From an uncultured Candidatus Rokubacteria bacterium (GTDB taxonomy: Bacteria > Methylomirabilota > Methylomirabilia > Rokubacteriales > CSP1-6), in the NCBI GenBank assembly GCA_963758635.1, contig CAVWWD010000003.1:800001-864000 (forward strand): 64,000 nucleotides of DNA, read 5' to 3'. Both the position numbers and the translations under genes were made by a program. The notes under the pieces are model-generated. The model was not told where the DNA came from. It saw nothing but the letters and a program-made list of their open reading frames with translations, and did not search any database. This document shows positions 51,993-60,230 of the stretch, piece by piece. Each line of letters starts with the position of its first letter. Position 1 is the first letter of the stretch.

Positions 51993-53198
51993 ATGCGGGC
52001 GGGCGTGACGCTCGGGCACGTCCTCCTCGGCGCCTACGTGATCGGCCTCGGGGCCTCGATCACGCTCTCGCAGCTCGCCCTGGCCGCCCTGACCCTGCGC
52101 TGGCTCGTCCGGATCGCGCGGGAGCGCCGGCGTCCCGACCTGCCCCTCCTGGCGCCCGTCCTCGCCTTCGTGGCGGTGAGCGTCGTATCCGCCCTCGGCG
52201 CCCCCGATCCCGTGGCGAGCCTCGTCGCCAGCAAGGGCCTGCTGCTGGCGCTGGGCCTCTACGTGACCGTCGATGCGCTCGCCGACCGGGCCGAGGCGGA
52301 TCGCCTGCTCACCGCGCTGGCCATCGTGGGCGCGGCGGCCGCGCTCGTGGGCCTCTACCAGGTCGTGACGTGCCCGGGTCCGCCCACCGCGGCCGGGCTC
52401 GCCACGCGAGCGTATCGCTGCGATCGCGCGCGCGGCTTCTTCAGCATCTACATGACCCTGGCCGGCGTCCTGAGCCTCCTGCTGCTCGCCATCGCCCCCC
52501 GGCTCCTGCCGGGCGCGCGCGGGCGCGCGGTGGCGGCCGTCCCGTGGCTCGTCATGGTGCTGGGGCTTGCCGCGACGTACGTGCGGGGAGCGTGGCTCGG
52601 GCTCGGGGCGGGAATGCTGGCGCTGGCCGCGCTCGCGCGCCGGGGGCGCTGGCTCTTCGTCGCCGGGCTCGCCGTCCTCGTGATCCTCGCCCTCAGCGGG
52701 CCCGCGCAGCTCCGTCACCGGATCCTCAGCATGACCGATCCGCAGGAGCCCACGATCAGGGAGCGGGTCTACATGTGGCGGAGCGGCGCCGAGATGCTGA
52801 TGGAGCGGCCGCTCCTCGGCACCGGCCCGGGCGGCGTCAAGCGACAGTACGAGCGCTTCGCGCTGCCCGAGGCGATCAAGAAACGCACGGGCCACCTGCA
52901 CAACGCGCCTCTGCAGATCCTGGTCGAGCGCGGCCTCCTGGGGCTCGCCGCCTGGCTGTGGATCTGGGTCGCGTTCTACCTGCGCGCCGGCGCGCTGCTC
53001 GCGCGTCTCGACCCCGAGGATCGGCAGGCCCGCGCGCTCGTCGTGGGCGGCCTCGCCGCGATCACGGGCTTCCTCGTGGGCGGACTCTCCGAGTACAACT
53101 TCGGCGACTCGGAGGTGGTCCTGCTCGCGTGGACGCTGATGGCGCTGCCCTTCGTGGCCGCGCGGCCGGCGGGGGACGCCGCGCGCCGCGACGGGTGA
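51993..53198 (+). CDS. O-antigen ligase (Wzy_C) family protein
   Basis: TYVRGAW, ERVYMW, PLLGTGPG and HLHNAPLQILVERG motifs. Confidence 0.88.
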   Translation: MRAGVTLGHVLLGAYVIGLGASITLSQLALAALTLRWLVRIARERRRPDLPLLAPVLAFVAVSVVSALGAPDPVASLVASKGLLLALGLYVTVDALADRAEADRLLTALAIVGAAAALVGLYQVVTCPGPPTAAGLATRAYRCDRARGFFSIYMTLAGVLSLLLLAIAPRLLPGARGRAVAAVPWLVMVLGLAATYVRGAWLGLGAGMLALAALARRGRWLFVAGLAVLVILALSGPAQLRHRILSMTDPQEPTIRERVYMWRSGAEMLMERPLLGTGPGGVKRQYERFALPEAIKKRTGHLHNAPLQILVERGLLGLAAWLWIWVAFYLRAGALLARLDPEDRQARALVVGGLAAITGFLVGGLSEYNFGDSEVVLLAWTLMALPFVAARPAGDAARRDG

Positions 53199-53228
53199 GG
53201 GGCCGTCGCCCGGCTCAGGTCGCCCGGC

Positions 53229-53930
53229 TCAGAAGGTGGGCGCGAACTCGGTCGAGGCGCGGAGCTTGACGAAGTACTGCTTCAGACGGGCGAGGTCGTC
53301 GTCGGACACGAGGTCCGAGATCAGCGCGCAGAGCAGCCCCTGCTGCTTCCACAGGATGAGGCTGAACCCCTCCTCGCGCCGCACCACCGGCCGCCAGCGG
53401 TCGATCTGCACGCGCCCGCGATCGGGCAGCGTCACCGCCCCGCCGGGGATCATCACGTACGTCACGGAGTGACCGTCGTGCGCCTCGTAGCCGAACGAGA
53501 TGCCCCGATGCCCCTCGAGGTACGTCGGGTGCGCGCCCATGAGCCGGAGCTGCTCGTCGCCGAGGAACACGAGCTTCAGCACCACGCCGCTCTCGTCCAT
53601 GATCCGCGGCAGGTCCGCCGACACCACCTCGGGCTGGGCGTGCCCCCACGACAGCGTGCGCGCGTGCTCCGTGATCACCGCGCGGGCCAGCGGCTGGAGG
53701 GGATCCGCGGTGGGCCAGCTCGGCAGCGACTGCGCCATCAGGAGCAGCATGACCATGGCGGTGGCGAGCGCGGACAGCGCGGGCGCGAACCAGGGCGTCC
53801 ACCACCGGCGGGGCGGGGCGGGCTCGAGCGCCCGCAGCAGGGCGGCGCGGAAGCCGGGCGGCGCCGGGTGGCGCGTCAGCCGCTCGCGCAGCAGGCGCGT
53901 CACGTCGCCGTGCTCGGGCTCGTCGGCCAC
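53229..53930 (-). CDS. Putative membrane anti-sigma factor
   Basis: RHPAPPGFRA followed by one TM segment; translationally coupled to the ECF sigma. Confidence 0.7.
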   Translation of the reverse strand: MADEPEHGDVTRLLRERLTRHPAPPGFRAALLRALEPAPPRRWWTPWFAPALSALATAMVMLLLMAQSLPSWPTADPLQPLARAVITEHARTLSWGHAQPEVVSADLPRIMDESGVVLKLVFLGDEQLRLMGAHPTYLEGHRGISFGYEAHDGHSVTYVMIPGGAVTLPDRGRVQIDRWRPVVRREEGFSLILWKQQGLLCALISDLVSDDDLARLKQYFVKLRASTEFAPTF

Positions 53931-54460
53931 TATCGGTTCCCCTCGTAGTCCTTCAGGTGCACCCGCAGCCGCTCCTTGGCCCGGAAGATCCTCGACTTCA
54001 CCGTGCCGACCGGGCACGCCATGATCCGCGCCACCTCCTCGAGCGGCAGGCCCTCGATCTCGGCCAGGAGCAGCGGGGTCTTGAACTCCTCCGGCAACCG
54101 CGACAACGCCCGATCGAGATCGGTGTGGGCCTCGGTGCTCTCACCGTCCTCGTCGGGGGCGTCGTGGAACATCGGCGCGCCCCCCTCCGGCACGCCGTCC
54201 TCCGAGAGGGCAGGCTCGCGCTCGCGCAGCCGGTAGAAGGTGAGAAAGGTGTTCCTCAGGATCTGAAACAACCAGGCCCGGAGATGGGTTCCCGGCTGGA
54301 ACCGGTGGGAGAACCTGAAGGCCCGGAGGTACGTCTCCTGGACGAGGTCCTGGGCCTCCGAGCCGTTCCGGGTCAGGTAGACGGCGAGGTTGTGGAGCGC
54401 GTCGAGATGCTCCAGGGCTTGCCGTCGGAACTCCTCGTCGTCGCTCAGCGCTCGAACCAC
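53930..54460 (-). CDS. ECF sigma-70 factor
   Basis: AQDLVQETYLRAF, WLFQILRN and GTVKSRIFRA motifs. Confidence 0.93.
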   Translation of the reverse strand: MVRALSDDEEFRRQALEHLDALHNLAVYLTRNGSEAQDLVQETYLRAFRFSHRFQPGTHLRAWLFQILRNTFLTFYRLREREPALSEDGVPEGGAPMFHDAPDEDGESTEAHTDLDRALSRLPEEFKTPLLLAEIEGLPLEEVARIMACPVGTVKSRIFRAKERLRVHLKDYEGNR

Positions 54461-54994
54461 CGGCGAGGGAATTCCGAGCTCTGCACGGCGTGCTCGTCGT
54501 CCAGCGCGGCCAGGAGCTCCTGGATCGTCTGGTAGAGCACGGGATGCTCAACGTCGGGCGCGAGGTCGGCGAGGGGGCGGAGCACGAAGCCGCGCTCGTG
54601 CATCAGGAGGTGCGGGATGTGCAGGTGCTCGGAGGCGCTGATGACCTCGTCCCCGTAGAGCAGGATGTCGATGTCCAGCGGGCGGGGCTGGTAGCGCCGG
54701 TCTTCCGGCGTGCCCGGGCCGCGCACGCGCCCGAGCCGGCTCTCGATCGACTGGAGCTCGGTGAGGAGGATCGGGCGGGGGCAGCGCGGTCTCGATGGCC
54801 ACCACGCAGTTGAAGAACCACGAGTCCTCGTCGACCGCCCTGCCCGGGCCCTGCTCCCACGGCTCGGTGCGGTAGAGCGGGGAGGCGTCGAGGAACTCGA
54901 CCTCGGGCAGCGCGCGCAGGAGCGCCACCGCCTCGCGCAGGAACGCGAGCCGATCGCCCAGGTTCGAGCCGATCGACAGGAACACGCGCGCCAT
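54445..54994 (-). CDS. folK: HPPK; frameshift near 54780
   Basis: IGSNLGDR, PRPLDIDIL and IPH...ERGFVLRPL motifs. Confidence 0.9.
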
Positions 54995-54996
54995 TG

Positions 54997-55380
54997 TCAG
55001 CTCCGGCCGCCCGGCACGCCGCGCGCGCGGGTGATCTCCACGCCGGGGGTCACGTGCAGACCGCCCATCGGCGGCGTGAGCTTGCGCACGCGCACCCGCA
55101 CCTCGTGACACGGGAACTCGCCGAGCAGCATCTGCGCCACCATGCCGGCCAGGCGCTCGAGCAGGTTGACCCGCTGCTTGGTGCACACCTCGACGATGCG
55201 TGTCGCCACCAGCCCGTAGTCCAGGGTTGCCCGGAGGTCGTCCGACGCCGCGGCGGGCGCCAGATCCATGGCCAGCTCCGCATCCACCGAGAACCACGCG
55301 CCCACCGCCTGCTGATCGCGGGTGACGCCGTGGTGGCCGTAAAATCTGAGATCCTCGACGAGTATCTTATCAGAGGGCAC
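54997..55380 (-). CDS. folB: Dihydroneopterin aldolase
   Basis: FYGHHGV, TLDY and LLERLA motifs. Confidence 0.92.
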   Translation of the reverse strand: MPSDKILVEDLRFYGHHGVTRDQQAVGAWFSVDAELAMDLAPAAASDDLRATLDYGLVATRIVEVCTKQRVNLLERLAGMVAQMLLGEFPCHEVRVRVRKLTPPMGGLHVTPGVEITRARGVPGGRS

Positions 55381-55428
55381 GGTTGGGACCCTTGTTCCCG
55401 GCCGGATCGGCGTCGAGGGGCGCCGGAC

Positions 55429-56184
55429 CTACAGCTTGATCACGGGGTTGGTGAGGCTGCCGATCCCGTCGATCCGGATCTCGACGCGGTCGCCCGGACG
55501 CATCGGCCCCGCGCCGCCCGGGGTGCCGGTGGCGAGCACGTCCCCGGGCAGGAGGGTCATCACCGCGGACACCCGGGCCACGATGTCCTCCACGGGGAGG
55601 ACGAGCTCCTTGGTGTTGCACGCTTGCCGGCGCTCGCCGTTCAGGTAGGTCTCGAGCTCGGCGGCCGCGGGGTCGATGTCGGTGGCGATGCACGGGCCGA
55701 TGGGACAGAACGTGTCGAACGCCTTGGCCCGCGTCGTCTGCCCGCGCGCCTGCAGGTCGCGCGCCGTCACGTCGTTCAGGCACGTGTAGCCGAGGATGTA
55801 CTCGCGCGCCCGCTCCGGCGGGACGTGCCGGGCGCGCTTTCTGATCACCACCGCCAGCTCGCCCTCGAAGTCCACGCGCTCGGACTGCGGCGGCAGGATG
55901 ATCGGGTCGTCCGGGCCGCACAGCGCCGAGAAGGGCTTCAAGGCGATCGACAGGTCGGCGTGGGGCGCGCGCCCGAGCTCCTCCTGGCGCTCGCGATAGT
56001 TCCCGCCGACGGCGACGATCTTCGACGGGCTCACGGGGGTGAGGAGGACGACCTGCTTGAGGCCGTAGCGCTTGCGGCCCCGGCGGAACGCGTCGTACGG
56101 CGTGCCGGCGTACTCGACGATCTGGGCTCCCGCGATCGCGCCGTAGCGTATCTTGCCTGCCGCCTTGAACCTGACGATCTTCAT
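55429..56184 (-). CDS. Fumarylacetoacetate hydrolase family protein
   Basis: EGELAVVI, NDVTARDLQ, KAFDTFCPIGP and TGTP motifs. Confidence 0.92.
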   Translation of the reverse strand: MKIVRFKAAGKIRYGAIAGAQIVEYAGTPYDAFRRGRKRYGLKQVVLLTPVSPSKIVAVGGNYRERQEELGRAPHADLSIALKPFSALCGPDDPIILPPQSERVDFEGELAVVIRKRARHVPPERAREYILGYTCLNDVTARDLQARGQTTRAKAFDTFCPIGPCIATDIDPAAAELETYLNGERRQACNTKELVLPVEDIVARVSAVMTLLPGDVLATGTPGGAGPMRPGDRVEIRIDGIGSLTNPVIKL

Positions 56185-56260
56185 GGCGCTCCTGCCATCG
56201 GCGCTCGACCCGGATGCGGCGACCCGCGCGCCCGGCCGCTGGGCCGGGGCGCTCGGCCGC

Positions 56261-57063
56261 TCACGCCAGCCCGAGGACGTCTTGCATCGAGTAGAGTCCG
56301 GGCCGCGCTCCGGCGATGAACCGGGCCGCGCGCAGCGCCCCGCGCGCGAACGTGTCGCGGCTGTGCGCGCGGTGCGTGAGCTCGAGGCGCTCGCCGAGAG
56401 CGCCGAAGGACACGGTGTGCTCGCCCACCACGTCGCCGGAGCGGAGCGAGAGCATGCCGATCTCCTGGCGGGTCCGCTCTCCCGGCATGCCCTGGCGGCC
56501 ATACACGCCCACGGCCTGGAGGTCGCGACCGAGCGCGGCGGCCACCGCCTCGGCCATGCCGAGCGCGGTGCCGCTCGGCGCGTCCTTCTTGAACCGATGG
56601 TGGATCTCGGTGATCTCAACGTCGTAGTCGTCGCCGAGCATCCTCGCCATGTCGCGCAGTACCCGGAACGCCACGTTGACGCCCACGCTCATGTTCGGGG
56701 AGAGGAGGATGGCCGCGCCGCGCGCCAGGGTGGCGACCTCCTCGCGCTGGGCGGGGAGAATCCCGTCGTTCCGATCACCGCGCGGCCGCCGATCCGTCCG
56801 ACCAGGCGGAGGTGCCCGAGGCTCGCCTCCGGCACCGAGAACTCGATCAGGATGCGGTCTCTGGTGAGGGCGCGCTCCGGATCCGCCTCGATGACGACTC
56901 CGGCGCGCCCGGCCCCGGCCACCTCGCCGGCGTCGCGCCCCAGGGCGGGGTGGCCGGGAGCCTCCAGGGCGCCGACGAGGCGGAGGTCCGGGTCGTCCGC
57001 GAGCAGCGCGACGAGACGACTCCCCATCCGGCCGGCCGCGCCGGCCACCACCACGTCCGCCAT
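56261..57063 (-). CDS. dapB: 4-hydroxy-tetrahydrodipicolinate reductase; frameshift near 56750
   Basis: GAAGRMG, IGTTG and EIHHRFKKDAPSGTA motifs. Confidence 0.93.
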
Positions 57064-57076
57064 GATCCGTCCGGGG

Positions 57077-57970
57077 TCAGGCCTTGACGAGACCGTGCTG
57101 CACGAGGATGCCGCGCAGGCGCGCCCGGTTGGCGTCGCTCATGCGGCACATGGGGAGGCGGAACTCCGGCTCGATCATGCCCATCATGGCCATCGCCTCC
57201 TTGACCGGGATGGGGTTCGTCTCGATGAACATGGCGCGGGAGAGCGGGAAGAGCCGGAGGAACAGGTCGCGCGCGAGCTTCCAGTCGCCGCTGAGCGCGG
57301 CGTGGGTCATGTCCGCGGTCTCGCGCGGCACGATGTTGGCGACGACCGAGATCACGCCCCGCCCGCCGACCGCCATGAGGGGCAGGGTGAGGTTGTCGTC
57401 GCCGGATACCACGCTGAAGTCCGCGCCGCAGGCGAGGATCACCTGCGTCATCTGGTCGAGCGAGCCCGACGCTTCCTTGACGCCCACGACGTTCGGGCAG
57501 TCCTTGACCAGGCGCGCGAGGGTGTCGGTCTCCACGTTCACCGCGGTGCGGCCCGCGATGTTGTAGACGAGGATCGGGATGTCCACGGCGTCGGCCACGG
57601 CGCGGAAGTGGCGGTAGAGGCCCTCCTGGGTGGGCCGATTGTAGTAGGGGTTCACCACGAGGGCGCCGGTGGCTCCCGCCTTCTTCGCGTGCGCGGTGAG
57701 GTCGATCGCCTCGGACGTCGCGTTCGAGCCGGTGCCCGCGATGACCTGCACGCGCCCGCGCGCGGCCTCGATGACCAGCTCGACCATGCGCTTGTGCTCG
57801 TCGTGGCTCAGGGTGGGGGACTCGCCGGTGGTGCCGCAGGGGACGATGCCGTCGGTCCCGTGCGCAACGTGGAACTCGACCAGCTCCCGCACCTTGGCCT
57901 CGTCCACCTTGCCGGCCTTGAACGGGGTGACCAACGCGACGATCGAGCCTTGGAATGTGGGTCGCATCAT
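57077..57970 (-). CDS. dapA: 4-hydroxy-tetrahydrodipicolinate synthase
   Basis: GTTGES, PYYN, YNIAGRT and VKEASG motifs. Confidence 0.95.
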   Translation of the reverse strand: MMRPTFQGSIVALVTPFKAGKVDEAKVRELVEFHVAHGTDGIVPCGTTGESPTLSHDEHKRMVELVIEAARGRVQVIAGTGSNATSEAIDLTAHAKKAGATGALVVNPYYNRPTQEGLYRHFRAVADAVDIPILVYNIAGRTAVNVETDTLARLVKDCPNVVGVKEASGSLDQMTQVILACGADFSVVSGDDNLTLPLMAVGGRGVISVVANIVPRETADMTHAALSGDWKLARDLFLRLFPLSRAMFIETNPIPVKEAMAMMGMIEPEFRLPMCRMSDANRARLRGILVQHGLVKA

Positions 57971-58022
57971 CGAGCCCTCCGTGTCTGCCGCGCCGGACGT
58001 TTCGAGGTGACGTGTGGATTCG

Positions 58023-58052
58023 ACTCTAGCACCGGTACCGCGACCACTTCAA
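58023..58052 (-). promoter_or_regulatory. dapA promoter TTGAAG-N18-TAGAGT with extended TGn
   Basis: Read on the reverse strand; GGAGG RBS before dapA. Confidence 0.6.
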
Positions 58053-58163
58053 GCCACGGGCGCGCGCGTCGCGCCGTGCGCGCGCCGCCGCGGCCGCTGG
58101 AGGCCCGGCGTCTGGCTGGCGCTCGGCGCTTGCGGTAGTATGACCCGGGTTTTCATCCCGCCA

Positions 58164-58362
58164 GCGGCGGGAATGGATGGCGAGACCCCATCCGCGTGGA
58201 CGCAGAGCCGCGGTGTTGGCCCGCTCGCCGATGTCACGATGCGCATCTTCACAGCAGGTGCAGGGGGACGTGAATGATCGGCGTGACGGCACTCCGCGTG
58301 TACGCAGAATCGCGGTGTTGGCCCGCTCGGCGATGTCACGATCCGCATTCCTTCACACAACC
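58164..58362 (+). mobile_element. Two tandem copies of repeat family B; the second is flanked by TGCA
   Basis: CGCAGA...CGCGGTGTTGGCCCGCTCG..GATGTCACGAT occurs twice (58164-58258 and 58263-58362). Confidence 0.8.
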
Positions 58363-58380
58363 TGCAGGAGGACGTGAGCG

Positions 58381-59652
58381 ATGAGCGCGACCGCTTCCCC
58401 GACGGCCCGGCCCGAGTCCGGTCCGTTTCTCCGTGCCGAGGAGGCGGCCGAGGTCCGCGAGCGCTTCGGTACGCCGTGCTACGTCTACGATCGGCGTCTC
58501 CTCGAGGCGGCGGCGAAGGAGACGCTCGCGTTCCCGGCGCCGTTCGGGCTCACCGTCCGCTACGCGATGAAGGCCAACCCCTCCCGCGGCATCCTGGACG
58601 TGTTCCGCGGCCTCGGCCTCCACATCGACGCGTCGAGCGACTGGGAGGTGGAGCGCGCGCTGCGGGCCGGGTTCGCCCCCGGCGCGATCCAGCTCACGTC
58701 GCAGATGCCCTCGCGGTCCTTCGTCGACCACGCGCGTCGCGGCGTCCTGCTCAACGCGTGCTCGCTCCACCAGCTCGAGGAGATCGGCCGGCTCGCCCCC
58801 GGCGCCGAGGTCAGCGTCCGGATGAACCCCGGGCTCGGCACCGGGTCGACCAAGCGCACGAACACCGGCGGGCCCGCGTCGAGCTTCGGCATCTGGCACG
58901 AGTACGCCAGCGAGGTCGAGGCGGTAGCCCGGCGCCACGGGCTGCGGCTGACGCGCCTGCACAGCCACGTGGGCTCGGGCACCGACTCCGAGGTGTGGAA
59001 GCGCTGCGCCCGCATGACCCTGGACCTGGTGGCCCGGTTCGCCAACGTCCAGCAGGTGAACCTGGGCGGCGGCTTCAAGGTGGGACGGATGCCCGAGGAG
59101 CCCACCGTGGACCTCCAGGAGGTCGGCGGCCACGTCCAGCGCGAGTTCGAGGGCTTCCGTGACCGGGAAGGCCGCCGGCTCTCGCTCGAGATCGAGCCGG
59201 GCACGTTCCTCGTGGCGCGCGCAGGCGCGGTGGTGGCCACGTGCGTGGACGTGGTGGACACCGGCCGCGAGGGCTATCTCTTCGGCAAGCTCGACGCGGG
59301 CATGCCGGAGGTGACGCGCCCGTCGCTCTACGGCGCCCAGCACCCGATCGACGTGCTCGCCACCGGGCGCGACCAGGCCGCCGTCGTCTTCGTGGGGCCG
59401 TGCTGCGAGTCTGGCGACATCCTCACCCCGGCGCCGGGGGACCCCGAGGCGCTCGCGCCCCGCTGGGTGCCGCGTCCCCGCGTCGGCGATCTCGTCGTGG
59501 TGGGCGGAGCCGGCGCGTACTGCGCGGCGATGGCGACGATCAACTACAACTCGTATCCGCAGGCCCCCGAGGTGATGCGCGAGCTGGACGGCACGCTGCG
59601 GCTCTTGCGGCGCCGCCAGACGCTCGACCAGATCCTCGCCAACGAGGTCTAG
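58381..59652 (+). CDS. lysA: Diaminopimelate decarboxylase
   Basis: FGTPCYVYD, YAMKAN, HSHVGSG, NLGGG, IEPG, GPCCESGD and GAY motifs. Confidence 0.92.
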   Translation: MSATASPTARPESGPFLRAEEAAEVRERFGTPCYVYDRRLLEAAAKETLAFPAPFGLTVRYAMKANPSRGILDVFRGLGLHIDASSDWEVERALRAGFAPGAIQLTSQMPSRSFVDHARRGVLLNACSLHQLEEIGRLAPGAEVSVRMNPGLGTGSTKRTNTGGPASSFGIWHEYASEVEAVARRHGLRLTRLHSHVGSGTDSEVWKRCARMTLDLVARFANVQQVNLGGGFKVGRMPEEPTVDLQEVGGHVQREFEGFRDREGRRLSLEIEPGTFLVARAGAVVATCVDVVDTGREGYLFGKLDAGMPEVTRPSLYGAQHPIDVLATGRDQAAVVFVGPCCESGDILTPAPGDPEALAPRWVPRPRVGDLVVVGGAGAYCAAMATINYNSYPQAPEVMRELDGTLRLLRRRQTLDQILANEV

Positions 59653-59659
59653 CGCGGAT

Positions 59660-59699
59660 CACCAAGGTGCGGGCGCCCGGGCTATCGCCCGCCTGCACC
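59660..59699. repeat. REP-like hairpin, family C
   Basis: CACCAAGGTGCGGGCGCCCGGGCTATCGCCCGCCTGCACC; partial copy at 60194-60214. Confidence 0.7.
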
Positions 59700-59710
59700 C
59701 GCGCCTGACT

Positions 59711-59896
59711 CACCAAGGTGCGCGCGAGGGCGGGCGGCGGGGAGGCACCTGGGGTCGCGGGACCACGCCGCACGCGTGCGCTGCCCCGTTGCGGCTGGGC
59801 TCCATCCGGGCGGGCGGGGTCCGATGACCGATGGAGGGGAAGGGCCGCCTCGACCCCAGGTGCCTCCCCGCCGCCCACCCGCAACGCGCTGTTGAC
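59711..59896 (+). repeat. Structured repeat family A, copy 3
   Basis: Perfect 26-bp stem 59732-59757/59851-59876. Confidence 0.9.
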
Positions 59897-59918
59897 GTCG
59901 CCCAGCTGCGAGCGCAAT

Positions 59919-60193
59919 AGCGGGGTCAGGCACTCGCGCAACACGCAACAGCGGGGTCAGGCACTCGCGCAACGCGCAACAGCGGGGTCAGGCACTCGCG
60001 CAACGCGCAACAGCGGGGTCAGGCACTCGCGCAACGCGCAACAGCGGGGTCAGGCACTCGCGCAACACGCAACAGCGGGGTCAGGCACTCGCGCAACACG
60101 CAACAGCGGGGTCAGGCACTCGCGCAACACGCAACAGCGGGGTCAGGCACTCGCGCAACACGCAACAGCGGGGTCAGGCACTCGCGCAACACG
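59919..60193. repeat. Tandem array of the 31-bp unit AGCGGGGTCAGGCACTCGCGCAAC(A/G)CGCAAC, ~8.9 copies
   Basis: Units start at 59919, 59950, 59981, 60012, 60043, 60074, 60105, 60136 and 60167. Confidence 0.95.
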
Positions 60194-60230
60194 GCGGGCA
60201 CCCGGGCTATCGCCGGTCCGCGCTCTCGCG

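Noticed and set aside
1..57063. Mass pseudogenisation or programmed frameshifting (more than 20 frame breaks)
   Set aside because: The breaks are single-base indels in GC runs, they also hit housekeeping dapB and folK, and they are not accompanied by nonsense codons. Long-read consensus error is more likely; polishing would confirm.
59919..60193. CRISPR array
   Set aside because: Units are contiguous with no unique spacers, and no cas genes are in the window.
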